From an uncultured archaeon (lineage in GTDB: Archaea > Aenigmatarchaeota > Aenigmatarchaeia > QMZP01): a stretch of DNA of 64,000 nt. The translations under genes were made by a program, and so were the position numbers. The notes beneath the pieces were generated by a model. That model made no database searches. It had not been told where the DNA came from and was given only the letters and a program-made list of their open reading frames with translations. The stretch lies in assembly GCA_964389315.1 (NCBI GenBank), contig CAYMDJ010000001.1:543-64542 (forward strand), in the 5' to 3' direction. Below, in pieces: positions 1-10,211 of the stretch; the stretch's first letter is position 1; every line of letters starts with the position of its first letter.

Positions 1-3000
1 GCGGGCCGAGTTGTTGAACTCTCCTTCCCCGCTTGTCCTGTTCCCCCAGCCCGACCAGATTAAATTGTCCTCAGAGGTCCTGGTCTGGATTGTTATGGAG
101 GTGTCTTCAGGCTCTGTCGAGCTCCAGGTCATGTTGATGAAAGAGGACAGGGAACCTGTGTCAAAGACCTGGGAGGTATAGGTCCCGTTGTGCGTGTAGG
201 TTGTGGTGTAGGCGACGTCGAATCCCCTGTAGTTGTAATTGTTGGAGAAGTCGCTCTCCAGGTTCAGGAGGTTGCCCCAACCAGAGCCGTTCCAGGACTG
301 GCTCCACACCTCCTGGGAGCCTGATGTGTCGGATGTAACGAGGAACATGTTGTCGGTGTTGTAGTCCCTCTCTAACCGAAGGAAGAGCGGCATGGCACCT
401 AAGCTCTCTATCTGCCCCTCTGCCTCCCATGATGCTCCGTTCCATACCCTGTATTCCCCGCGGGAGTTGCCCTGGTCTGCCCAGACAGCGATTGCGCGGC
501 TAGAGTTGTCGAACTCAACGTCCATAGGAAAGTAGTATTGGGATAGGTAGCTGTCTGCCTCAAGCTCTGTCGGGCCTGACCAGGAGGAGCCGTCCCAGAC
601 CCAGCCGTTTATCTCGTCTGCGTCATCCCAGTCAACAAGGACCATGTTCCCTGAGTTGGGGTCTGCCGCGAGCTCAATTGCACGTGGAGCGCCCACGGAG
701 CCGAAAGCCGTTCCAGATTCCCAGTAATAGCCGTTCCAGATGGTGTAATTGAGCTTTGCATCGTCATATATTCCCCATACCAACATTGCCCTGGATTCGT
801 TGTCATATTCGACGTCGATTCCCTTGTATGTATAGCTATCATATGTCTCCAGGAAGACATGGTCGTGCCATCCTGTCCCGTCCCAGATCTGGGCCTCAAC
901 GTCATTAGAGGCGTCCTGCGTAAGCAGGATGACCTCATCAGATGAAGGGTCAGAGGCGAGCCTTACCCAGAGCATGTCGTCTGTTATGTCAGACGCGTAT
1001 CCAACAGAGCTCCAGGAGGAGCCGTCCCATATCTTGTAGTTGGGTATTGAAGCATCGCTTCCGTCGCGGTAGACAACCATGACGTGGGTATCGTTTATGT
1101 AGACAGCGTCAAACCTCTCATAGTCGCAGTGGGAGTTTGCCGTAATCAGGTCTGCCGAGCCCCACTTGTCACCGTCCCAGCGCTGCGCGTATATGTCGTG
1201 TGACGTGTCCATCGTAATCATCATGGCCTCTGACCTGTCAGGGTTCGAGGCTATCCTTACCCAGGCAATGTTTCCTGTAGTGTCGGTTGCAGTCCCCGCT
1301 GATGAGTAGCCCATCTGCCCGTCCCAGAGCCTGTATTCGGGAAGGGAGCGGTCTGCCTGGCCTATCCAGGATGTCAGGACTCTTCCAAATTTGTCAAGGG
1401 ATATCGCCCCGTTGCTGATATTGATGTTCTCCCGGGTTCCCAGGTCCCAAGATGAGAACGTGTGGTTTGAGGACCAGTTGGTGTGGGAGAGGTCGTCGGA
1501 GGGCTGGCAGTTCCATGTGAATTCCTTGTCTATCAAGCCCCCTGCCGGATGGATGTTGAGGGTCCAGTTTGAGAAGTTCCAGTAGCCGGTCATGTTCGAG
1601 TAGTTGATGATTTGCCATGTCCCTGGATAGTCTGACCAGAGGGTCATGTTCTCGAGGTTACCTGATGCCTGGGAGGCAGAGCAGTTGAACGGGACAGAGG
1701 TGAAGTGGACGGAATTGTTGTTGTCATCTGGGGTGGTCAGGTCGACGGAGTGCGGATAAAGTGTTATGAACCTGTCCTCTGTGACGTTCATCAGGCCGCT
1801 CGTCTCGTTCGCGTAAACCCGGAAGTAGGCGTCGTGCTCTGTTACCGAGGTCAGGTTTATGTAGCAATAGAACCCGTCAACTGTCATCGTTATGTTGTTC
1901 TGCGTCCCGTTGGCCCAAGTCATGTCCAGGATGCATTCGTCGAGCATCTCTCCGCCGGAGACGTTCACGTATATCCAGTCGTCCTCTGAGTTGGTTTCAT
2001 TGGGTAGGGTTGGAGAAACGAATGATGGGTAGAGGACGTTGGAGTATGTCATGTTCACCCAGTTGAGGTTCGGCTTGTAAAGCGAATTGTCAGTGGAGAG
2101 GATTGCCCGGTACTGGATGAACCGGGCACTGGTGTATATCACACCGCCCGGGTTTGTGTGATTGCTTCCTGCTGTCTGGTAATGCTCGGATATCTCCTCT
2201 TTTGAGAGCGTCCTGTTGTATATCATCAGCGAGTCAATCCTGCCGTCGAGGTAGCCATTATCTCCCGAGGTCTTGCTTATCGTGACAGCGTTGCCTGTCG
2301 CGCTCGGTGAGAAGTAGCTTTCCGTCTGGTTTGAGAGAGAGCCGTCAATGTAGAGCCTCTGTGTCGTGCCGTTCCAGGTCGCGGCGATGTAATACCACCT
2401 CCCGGTTTCAGGAACAATTGAGCTGGATTTGGGAAGCCATTCCGAGCCGTCGTTCAGAAGGAAGGATATCTTCCCACCCTCCGCTGTCTTGTCCATCCTC
2501 AGCCAGTATTCTCCGTCCTTCTGGAGTATCGTCGGGTATTCCTCAAGTGACGTGTTCCTGTCGAAATAGACCCAAGTCTCTATGGATATCTGGTTATTAA
2601 GCTGGAGGGTCGGGCTGCTCGGGACGCTCATGTAGTCGTTGATGCCGTCAAAGGAAAGGGAATTCCCGAAATGGCCATGATAAGCGTATGCGCCTGAGAC
2701 AGAGCCGTGGTTGTTGTTGCCCGACTCGTCCTGCGTCCAGCCAGAGGCGTTGACTGACTCAAGGCGCCAGAACGCCATTATATCCGACTCGTCCGAGAAG
2801 TTCCCCCCTGCCCAGCCAGTCCAGACAGAGTTGTCATCTGAGGTCCGGCTCTGGACGTCCAGCCGCAGGGCCCCCCTCTTGTAGATGTCAAGTATCTCTT
2901 CGGAGGAGAGGCTCCGGTTCCAGATTGAAAGCTCGTCTATGAGACCGCTCCAGTATTCGCTGGAATCATCTGTTCTCTTGGCTACGTGCAGGTCAGACGC

Positions 3001-6000
3001 AAAGTTCATGCTAATAGGCGAGAAAGATGCAGAGTTTGACAGAATTCCGTCAATATAAACCTTCAATGTCCCGCTGTTTTCCCTCACACCGGCGACATGA
3101 TGCCACATTCCATCATTTATGCCCCCGCCCACTACAGCTTCTCCTCCAGTGGCAATATCTAATGCTTCAAGAGATATGTTCCCATTCTTTACATCAAGCT
3201 TCCAGATGTAGGCGGCATTTCTTTTCCCGGCAATTACATGATATCCACTTCCCACACTCGTTGTCTTTATCCATGCCGATATGCTGAACCCGGACGTGCC
3301 GAAACTGAAATCAGAGCTATCGCTTATACTGATGTAATCGCCGCTCCCGTCAAACTCGAAAGCGCCGTTCAGCTTGCCTGATGCTGTGGGCGCGGCGTTG
3401 TCATGACCGGTCCCGTTGTTCCCTTCCCCGGAGAAGTCGTATACGTGGGTGTTGTTCTCGCCATAGGTGGAGTCGTTATTCAGGTGGAGGAGCAGGACAT
3501 TGCCGGTCATGTTGGCCCAGCCGTCTTCCTGGCTGTCCGGGAGCTCTGATTCGGTGTCGTTCCAGCAGTTGGTGCAGTTCCATGAGATGTTGGTGAAGGA
3601 AGAGAGTGAGCCCGTGTCGAATACCTGGGAAGTGTAAAGGCCAGTCAGGTTGGAGCCGTAAAGGGTTATGTTGGTTACGTTCGTGATTGTCTTGTCATGG
3701 GTCCCGAGGTCCCAGGAGGAGAATGTGTAGTTTGAGTCGGCCCAGTCGTCATCTGACTTGCTGTCATTGACGTAGCAGTTCCAGATGAAGGACCTGTCTA
3801 TGAAGCCGCCCGGGGGATGGAGGGCTTTGGTCCATGTGGAGAAGTTCCAGATTCCTGTCTTGGTCCGGGTGCCTATCTCCTGCCAGGAACCGGGATAGTC
3901 AGACCAGAGGGAGAAGGATTCGAGTGAGAAGGCCTCGTCGGTGAGGGCAGAGCAGTTGAAGAAGACTGAGGTGAACAGGACTGAGTCGTTGTAGTCCTCT
4001 GGCTCGTGGAGGGTCGTGACGACGTCGCTGTATTCGTATGTTATGTTGACATGATTGAGGTAGGGCGTGGAGCCGCCATAGAAGGTTGCCTTGTACTGGA
4101 TGCACCTGGCAGAGGTGTTTATCAGGCCGGATGGGTTAGTGTGGTTGCTGCTCCATGAGGTCCACCCGCCAGAGCAGCTTCCATCATTGGATGTGCGGGT
4201 CTGGACGGTTATGTTCGTAGTTCCTGGTTTCGTTTCTTCCCAGGAGATGTTCGACCACAGGGAGAGGGAGCCTGAATCAAAGGTATGGGACGTGTAAAGG
4301 CCAGTCAGGTTGTTTCCGTAGAGGGTCACGTTGGTCCCGTTTGCTGTCGTGTTTTCGTGGGTTCCGAGGTTCCAGGATGAGAAGGTGAAATTGTAGTCTG
4401 CCCAGTTGCAGTTGTCCTGGACGTCGCAGACATGGCAGTTCCAGAGATAGCCGGCATCGATGAAGTAGTAGTCGGATGGGTTTATGGTCTCTGTCCAGTT
4501 GGAGAAGTCCCATGTCCCTGAGACGTCCCTGCTCCCTATCTCCTCCCAGACTCCAGTATAATTGGACCAGAGGGACATGTTCTTGAGGTCGTATACCTGG
4601 CTGAGGGCAGAGCAGTTGAAGAATTCAGGGGAGGTGAAGTTTATCGTGTGGTTGTTATCAACAGGCTCTACGAGGGTGACGTTGAGGAGCTCTTCCCAGG
4701 TCCCTGACTGGCATATTTCTGCCTCTCCATCCGAGTCAGGGTCTCCCACGTAGCTGCTGTCATAGCATACGTCATTGTATACGCACATATCAGAGGCGTT
4801 GCAGCAGTAATTGTCTGCTGCGCTGGTCGTGCATGCCTCTGGATAGCAGACCCTGGTTATGGTGTATTCGCCTGCGTCGTCCTGGCAGCAGCTTCCTGTC
4901 GTCCCTGATGAGAAGCCTATGTCCCAGTTCGTGGATGCGCCTGTATAGCATTCGCACCAGTCGCTGTCAGAGTCCCATTCTATCGTGTAGAGGGTGAAGT
5001 TGTCTGACCTCTCCCATATCCAGGAGTCTCCCTCTGCATAGGCATCCGCGCTAGCGTTGTATGTCCCCTCAACGTCGCATACAGTGAAGCCGAGGCTGTA
5101 GGTCCAGTCGGTTGTGTTGGGGCTTCCTGCCGTGCATCCGCCTGACTGGCTGTCAAAGGTCATGGAATAGTCAGAGAATATGACGGTTCCATTCGGCCAG
5201 TAGAGGGTTAGGTTCATTCCATCAACCTCGCAGTCATGGCATTCAGAATCCCCACCAACAACCGCCCTGCAATCGTTTCCCTCGTAGAGGAATTCGCTGG
5301 CCGAGACGTATCCGGTGCTGTTCTTGCTCTTGCCGCAGAAGTCCTGGTTGGTTTCTGTTGTCCAGAAGGAGATTCCGCTGCAGTATCCCTCGTTCGGGCA
5401 TCCTATATCGCTTCCCATGAACGTGCAGGATGAGGAGCCTGAGGTCACTGAGCTTCCTGTGCAGAGCAGCCTGGATTTTGACGTGCTGTTGTAGACCAGT
5501 ATACTGATGTAGTCTGACTCCGGGTCTGATACAGTGGCGCTGGCGGTGACGTTGTCCAGGCCCTTTATGTAGCTTGACGGTGATATGGATTGTGAAGCTG
5601 GGTTGTTGGGGGTGAGGTTGTAGAGGGAGGTCCCTCCCTCGCAATAGGTGCAATTGAGGTTGGAGCTTGAGTTCTCAAAGGTGTCCATCACCCCGACTCC
5701 GCCGTCGTCGCCGCAGCACAGGCTTGCCCCGGTCATCCAGTCGAAAGCATTGCAGCCTGAACCATCGGTGCAGTAGGATTCCTGGGTGTCCCTGTCGATA
5801 TAGAAACAGGTCTCGTTGCAGATGTAGCCGTCAACAGGGCATGTGAGATTCTCATACTCGTCGCACTGGGAAGATGCGCCGCAGGCTGTTTCGCACTGGA
5901 GGCCTGACTTGCCTCCAAGGCCCGATTCAAAGCCGCCCGAGGCCTGCTGGTGGCTTGCGGGGTCACACTCCACGCAGTCGCCCTCTGACTCGTCCCACCT

Positions 6001-9000
6001 GAAGAACTCGTCTGTCCATGAGTCCGAATCATCGTCTGCTGAATCCGCGCATTCATCGTTTTCTGTCGTGGATGCCCAGCCAGACGGGTCCCTGTCAGCG
6101 CAGAAGGTTGGTGGGTTCACTCCAAGAACAGAGTATCCGGTGCAGTACTGGCCGTCCTGGTCGCCTGCAGGGTTGTTTATGAGGATTGAGTAGCTGTAGG
6201 AGCCTGCGTCCCATAGGTCGCTGGTCCCAGAGGATTCGTCGTCCACAATGTAGTAGGCGTTGAGGTCTGTGCATATGCCGGCTGTCCCCCCGGCAGCGCA
6301 GACGCCCCTGTCTCCTGTCCAGGACATCTCCTCGCACATGTCACCGTAGTCACCGACCCCTCCGTCTGTGCAGATGTTGTCTGCAGTGGTGTTGTAGTAG
6401 TCCCAGCCGGTCCATCTTGTTGAATCCTCGCCTGCATTGTCGTCATCAACCTGGTAAGTGCAGCCGGAAGCGGACTGGTCAGAGTTCCAGTCTCCGTCTG
6501 TCCCGCACCAGTATGAACCGCGCAGTGTGCAGGTCGTATCGTCCGTATCAAGGGTGAGGTTTCCTGCATCACTGCAGGAGTAAAGCTGGCCATCCAGGCA
6601 GAGTAGGGTTCCTGAGGCAGAATCGCTTGAGAGCTCAGAGGCGTAGAGGCAGCATGACGAGCCAGATGCTGTTCCGTTCTCGAAAGTGTCGCTTGTGCCG
6701 TCGTCGCCGCAGCATTTGCTTCCTGTTCCTGAGGAGCCTGACATCCAAACCAAACCGCCGCAGGTGCACCAGTTCTCATCAGTGTCGTAGGTTACTGTGT
6801 AGAGCTCGAACTGGGGCTGGTCCCAGTCAGACCACTCCCATACCCAGGTGCTGCTCTGATTCTCAGCCTTTGCAACGGCAGTTGCGTTGTAGGTTCCCTC
6901 CACGTCGCAGACAGTGTAACCAAGATTATATGTCCAGTTCTCATACTTCGGGTCGCCGGCTCCTGTGCAGCCTCCTGTCTGGCTGTCAAAGGACATGGAA
7001 TAGTTGTTGGGGTTGACAGAGGTCCCGTTGGGCCAGTAAAGGGTGAAGTTCATTGCATCCACATCACAGATATCACACTGACCGTCCCCGCCCACCTCTG
7101 CCGTGCAGTTGGCATATACTGCGTTCTCTGCGTATTCTGTATCCTCGCCGAACGTGAATTCAAGGACGTGCTTCCCGTAGGTGAGTGCCTGGCTGACCTC
7201 GTATCCGGTCTCGTTGCAGGAATAGTTCTCATAGAAGACTGCTGTGGTGGCATCGAGCCAAGTGATGTTAAGGACCTTGTCCCCGCAGCGCAGCTCAAGG
7301 AAGAGGAGGTCTTCGGTGGTATTCAGGTTGTGCCACGCAGTCCCGTTGGAGGCGCGGATTGAGAGGTTAGCCTCGCCCGTGGTGTTGAATCTGACAGTCC
7401 AGTTTCCCCCCAATTCAGGATAGCTTTTTACGTTGATTATGGTTATGTCCAGCTCATAGCTCTCGTTGGATAGGTGCGGGACAATCCAAGAGATGCGGTC
7501 TGTGAGCGTGTCGTTGTCCTTGTCTATGTAGGTCAGGTTCATGACGCGGCTCCTTGTCCCGTTCACGAGGCGGTAGAGCTTGTATGCCTCTTCAGGCAAT
7601 TCAGGGACGTCTGTGTAGGCCGTTATGTTCTCGTAGTGCAGCTCTGAGGAGATGGTTATGGTCTTCCTGTAGGGGGTTTCCTGGGCTTCTGAGGATTCGG
7701 GTGCAGGGGTCTCATAATAGACCTCAAAGTTTTTTCCTTGCCTTGTTATGGTGAGGGATATGGCATCGGGAATCCTCCTTTCTTGGGAGGCAGGCTCCCT
7801 GAAGGTTTTGTTGCTCAGGTCTTCCGGTATGCTCCCGCTGCTCATGTCTGTCATGCTGCCAGTAAGCCCGGTGCTCAGAGCATTGGTGCCTGTTTCGTTG
7901 AGGGTGACGTCATCGGATTGGCTAATGAAGGAAGATAGGATGCCCCTATACAGAATGGTTTCTGAAAGCTTTGATGGACTTACGGTTTCCCTGCTCTGGT
8001 TCCCTATTGCAAAGACACTTATGTTGGAGGCCTGCGGGGGGAGGAGGGTGGTGATTCTTTCAAGAGGGACAGAGGAGCTTATGCTCCTGAGCCACCGGAC
8101 AGGCTTGTTTATCTCAGCAGGAAGCTGAACGGTCTCCTCAAGGGCTTCGGTTATTTCAGACATTTTTTCAACGACCAGGAGCTCTACATGGCCGGATTCA
8201 GATGCGTTCATGGAATCTTCTGCAACAAAGGTTATTTTTCTCGTTCCTGTGAAATTGGTGTCCGGTATCAGAGTGGCCGCTGTGCCCGATATCTCCACGG
8301 TGATGTTTTCCGGCCGGGTTGATGAGAATGTAAGGTTGTCTCCATCCGGGTCCTGGCAGTAGTTATCCAGATAGATTGTCCTTTCTGAGTTCATGCCCCA
8401 GAGCTGATTCGGGATTGGAGACCATTCCGGGGGGAGGTTTGTCATGTTGGTTGTGTTCTCTGTGACGTTCTTGGGCAGACCGTGGACGACCGAGTAAGTG
8501 AGGTAATCTATCCGGAGGGTAGTGTTGCCGTGGGTCTCTATGAGGATGGTGTATTCGTCCTGCTCAGGGACATTGATGGAGCAGGTCTCCTCGCAGATGT
8601 CAGTGAAGAGGGTCATGATTGGTGTTGGGGCAGTAATGTTGGTCATGTTGGTTGTTATGTTCTTCTCTGTGACATTGGTGAGGTTCTCTGGGAGGGTCAG
8701 GTTCTCCTGGATTGTGATGTTGGTTTCGTTTGGTGGGAGGGTGACATTCCTTGGAGTGGTGAGATTTATAGAGACGTTCTCGGTGATGTTGGCTGTCAGG
8801 ATTTCACTGATGTTGAGAGAGACGTTCTCGGGGAGAGTGATGTTCTCGGTGGTTTCGTTGGGCGTTTGGTTTGTTGCACTACCAGTTACCCTACGCTCGG
8901 AGGCGTTCGACAGGTCGTAACCCTCCGCCGACTGGTCGGGTTGGGTGAGATTCGTCAGGGTTTCGGGGATTTCGGGGGTTTCTGAGAAGTTTTGCGACTC

Positions 9001-9546
9001 GTTGGGTGCTACATTGGTAACAGAATGGGAGTCGTTTGATGGGGGAGGAGTAAGGGGTTGGCTAGAAGAAGATGGTGAATCAGACATGTTGGTGCCGGCC
9101 AGCATGCCTGTTATGGGAGTATCGGGCGGTGGGGTGTGTCGAAGGTGGGTTGAATCGAAAATGAGAAGGGGTTCGTCGGTGGCAAGAAGCCACACCTTTA
9201 CGTCACCTTCTCCGACAACCGAACCGCTGAGGGAGACAGAGCTCAGGTCTCCAGCCGTCTCCGCTGAAAGGACAAGCGTCCCGTTCTGGAAGGACTGGTT
9301 TATCTTCTGCGTGTGGTAGGTCTCTGTCCCGAGAAAGAAGCCCGTCATGTTGGCGAACCCGAAGAAGAGGGCAAGGAGGATGCAGAGACCCAGCGCCGTT
9401 ATCACAGGCACCTTGCTTGAGGATTGCTCATCTGGTTCGTTCCCGAGGAAGACCTCATTCTCTCCAGTCTCGATGGAGTCATAGTAGAAGGATTCGCCAA
9501 GCTTCCCTTCGTCAGGCTTTTTCCTGGGAGGTTTAGTTTGGGTCAA
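1..9546 (-). CDS. Giant membrane-anchored surface protein (>3,180 aa, 3' end outside window) with Cys-rich repeats and two LamG-like domains
   Basis: Manual translation from TTG at 9546 (GGGGG SD-like upstream) gives MTQTKPPRKK..., then the TM segment VPVITALGLCILLALFFGF. The same frame is in register at 3180 (NISLEAL...GMWHHVAGVRE, LamG-like) and at 60 (IWSGWGNRTSGEGEFNNSAR). The ORF track probably omits it because no stop lies in the window. Confidence 0.85.
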   Translation of the reverse strand, partial: MTQTKPPRKKPDEGKLGESFYYDSIETGENEVFLGNEPDEQSSSKVPVITALGLCILLALFFGFANMTGFFLGTETYHTQKINQSFQNGTLVLSAETAGDLSSVSLSGSVVGEGDVKVWLLATDEPLLIFDSTHLRHTPPPDTPITGMLAGTNMSDSPSSSSQPLTPPPSNDSHSVTNVAPNESQNFSETPEIPETLTNLTQPDQSAEGYDLSNASERRVTGSATNQTPNETTENITLPENVSLNISEILTANITENVSINLTTPRNVTLPPNETNITIQENLTLPENLTNVTEKNITTNMTNITAPTPIMTLFTDICEETCSINVPEQDEYTILIETHGNTTLRIDYLTYSVVHGLPKNVTENTTNMTNLPPEWSPIPNQLWGMNSERTIYLDNYCQDPDGDNLTFSSTRPENITVEISGTAATLIPDTNFTGTRKITFVAEDSMNASESGHVELLVVEKMSEITEALEETVQLPAEINKPVRWLRSISSSVPLERITTLLPPQASNISVFAIGNQSRETVSPSKLSETILYRGILSSFISQSDDVTLNETGTNALSTGLTGSMTDMSSGSIPEDLSNKTFREPASQERRIPDAISLTITRQGKNFEVYYETPAPESSEAQETPYRKTITISSELHYENITAYTDVPELPEEAYKLYRLVNGTRSRVMNLTYIDKDNDTLTDRISWIVPHLSNESYELDITIINVKSYPELGGNWTVRFNTTGEANLSIRASNGTAWHNLNTTEDLLFLELRCGDKVLNITWLDATTAVFYENYSCNETGYEVSQALTYGKHVLEFTFGEDTEYAENAVYANCTAEVGGDGQCDICDVDAMNFTLYWPNGTSVNPNNYSMSFDSQTGGCTGAGDPKYENWTYNLGYTVCDVEGTYNATAVAKAENQSSTWVWEWSDWDQPQFELYTVTYDTDENWCTCGGLVWMSGSSGTGSKCCGDDGTSDTFENGTASGSSCCLYASELSSDSASGTLLCLDGQLYSCSDAGNLTLDTDDTTCTLRGSYWCGTDGDWNSDQSASGCTYQVDDDNAGEDSTRWTGWDYYNTTADNICTDGGVGDYGDMCEEMSWTGDRGVCAAGGTAGICTDLNAYYIVDDESSGTSDLWDAGSYSYSILINNPAGDQDGQYCTGYSVLGVNPPTFCADRDPSGWASTTENDECADSADDDSDSWTDEFFRWDESEGDCVECDPASHQQASGGFESGLGGKSGLQCETACGASSQCDEYENLTCPVDGYICNETCFYIDRDTQESYCTDGSGCNAFDWMTGASLCCGDDGGVGVMDTFENSSSNLNCTYCEGGTSLYNLTPNNPASQSISPSSYIKGLDNVTASATVSDPESDYISILVYNSTSKSRLLCTGSSVTSGSSSCTFMGSDIGCPNEGYCSGISFWTTETNQDFCGKSKNSTGYVSASEFLYEGNDCRAVVGGDSECHDCEVDGMNLTLYWPNGTVIFSDYSMTFDSQSGGCTAGSPNTTDWTYSLGFTVCDVEGTYNASADAYAEGDSWIWERSDNFTLYTIEWDSDSDWCECYTGASTNWDIGFSSGTTGSCCQDDAGEYTITRVCYPEACTTSAADNYCCNASDMCVYNDVCYDSSYVGDPDSDGEAEICQSGTWEELLNVTLVEPVDNNHTINFTSPEFFNCSALSQVYDLKNMSLWSNYTGVWEEIGSRDVSGTWDFSNWTETINPSDYYFIDAGYLWNCHVCDVQDNCNWADYNFTFSSWNLGTHENTTANGTNVTLYGNNLTGLYTSHTFDSGSLSLWSNISWEETKPGTTNITVQTRTSNDGSCSGGWTSWSSNHTNPSGLINTSARCIQYKATFYGGSTPYLNHVNITYEYSDVVTTLHEPEDYNDSVLFTSVFFNCSALTDEAFSLESFSLWSDYPGSWQEIGTRTKTGIWNFSTWTKALHPPGGFIDRSFIWNCYVNDSKSDDDWADSNYTFSSWDLGTHDKTITNVTNITLYGSNLTGLYTSQVFDTGSLSSFTNISWNCTNCWNDTESELPDSQEDGWANMTGNVLLLHLNNDSTYGENNTHVYDFSGEGNNGTGHDNAAPTASGKLNGAFEFDGSGDYISISDSSDFSFGTSGFSISAWIKTTSVGSGYHVIAGKRNAAYIWKLDVKNGNISLEALDIATGGEAVVGGGINDGMWHHVAGVRENSGTLKVYIDGILSNSASFSPISMNFASDLHVAKRTDDSSEYWSGLIDELSIWNRSLSSEEILDIYKRGALRLDVQSRTSDDNSVWTGWAGGNFSDESDIMAFWRLESVNASGWTQDESGNNNHGSVSGAYAYHGHFGNSLSFDGINDYMSVPSSPTLQLNNQISIETWVYFDRNTSLEEYPTILQKDGEYWLRMDKTAEGGKISFLLNDGSEWLPKSSSIVPETGRWYYIAATWNGTTQRLYIDGSLSNQTESYFSPSATGNAVTISKTSGDNGYLDGRIDSLMIYNRTLSKEEISEHYQTAGSNHTNPGGVIYTSARFIQYRAILSTDNSLYKPNLNWVNMTYSNVLYPSFVSPTLPNETNSEDDWIYVNVSGGEMLDECILDMTWANGTQNNITMTVDGFYCYINLTSVTEHDAYFRVYANETSGLMNVTEDRFITLYPHSVDLTTPDDNNNSVHFTSVPFNCSASQASGNLENMTLWSDYPGTWQIINYSNMTGYWNFSNWTLNIHPAGGLIDKEFTWNCQPSDDLSHTNWSSNHTFSSWDLGTRENINISNGAISLDKFGRVLTSWIGQADRSLPEYRLWDGQMGYSSAGTATDTTGNIAWVRIASNPDRSEAMMITMDTSHDIYAQRWDGDKWGSADLITANSHCDYERFDAVYINDTHVMVVYRDGSDASIPNYKIWDGSSWSSVGYASDITDDMLWVRLASDPSSDEVILLTQDASNDVEAQIWDGTGWHDHVFLETYDSYTYKGIDVEYDNESRAMLVWGIYDDAKLNYTIWNGYYWESGTAFGSVGAPRAIELAADPNSGNMVLVDWDDADEINGWVWDGSSWSGPTELEADSYLSQYYFPMDVEFDNSSRAIAVWADQGNSRGEYRVWNGASWEAEGQIESLGAMPLFLRLERDYNTDNMFLVTSDTSGSQEVWSQSWNGSGWGNLLNLESDFSNNYNYRGFDVAYTTTYTHNGTYTSQVFDTGSLSSFINMTWSSTEPEDTSITIQTRTSEDNLIWSGWGNRTSGEGEFNNSAR

Positions 9547-9598
9547 GAAACCAGCCCCCGGAGTATTTCTGGGAGTGGAAAAGAAGCAAGTAACATGG

Positions 9599-9716
9599 TA
9601 GTTACCCTACAAAAAACTCCCATGTTATATAATATATGTATTGGTTATATTTATAGTTACCCTACAAATAGCTATCCTATTGGTCAGTAGGGTAATTAAT
9701 TCTTGGTGTAGGGTAA
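9599..9716. promoter_or_regulatory. Array of four TTACCCTAC motifs (two direct, two inverted) upstream of the giant gene; putative operator sites
   Basis: TAGTTACCCTACAAA at 9599-9613 and 9654-9668; reverse complement GTAGGGTAA at 9687-9695 and 9708-9716; AT-rich TATA-like tract between the first two. Confidence 0.5.
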
Positions 9717-9749
9717 AAGTAGTGCAACTAGGTTTGAGTGTGGTGGTTA

Positions 9750-10211
9750 TCAATAGATGAGGGCGAGGTCAGCTGATATGTTTGTCATGTAGGTGTCTGA
9801 ACACTCATCACCGCAGCACCAGACAAGCCAGACTTTTTCTGTATCCATGTCTTCTGTGCATGGGACCGTTGTCAGCGTGCCTGCGGATTCTGATTCAAGC
9901 GTCTCGTTGCAATTGTAGATGTCAACGTCCTCACCATCACGGAAATTCATGCTGACGCTTGTCAGGGCCTCGGTTCCAGGATTGTAGAAGGACGTGACCA
10001 GGTTGCCGTCAATGCACTCAGATGGGCCATACTCAATATGGCAGCCTTCATAGGACTCTAGGGAATGGTATTTCCCCGGTGCCGGTGAATTGTAATCTGT
10101 GAACAGGACAGCCGCCCAGATAAGGATTACTGCTGCGATGAGGGATACTGATATGAGCTTCTCATTCCTCTTGATGAATCCTCTGTTCATAAGACTCTCA
10201 GACCGGGACAA
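9750..10211 (-). CDS. Small N-terminally anchored Cys-rich exported protein
   Basis: Basic N-region, hydrophobic LISVSLIAAVILIWAAVLF, then an acidic domain with several Cys; overlaps the upstream radical SAM stop. True start may be MNRGF. Confidence 0.65.
   Translation of the reverse strand: MSRSESLMNRGFIKRNEKLISVSLIAAVILIWAAVLFTDYNSPAPGKYHSLESYEGCHIEYGPSECIDGNLVTSFYNPGTEALTSVSMNFRDGEDVDIYNCNETLESESAGTLTTVPCTEDMDTEKVWLVWCCGDECSDTYMTNISADLALIY

Noticed and set aside
161..9690. Dozens of short ORFs in the supplied track
   Set aside because: They are off-frame or antisense shadows of the single giant minus-strand ORF
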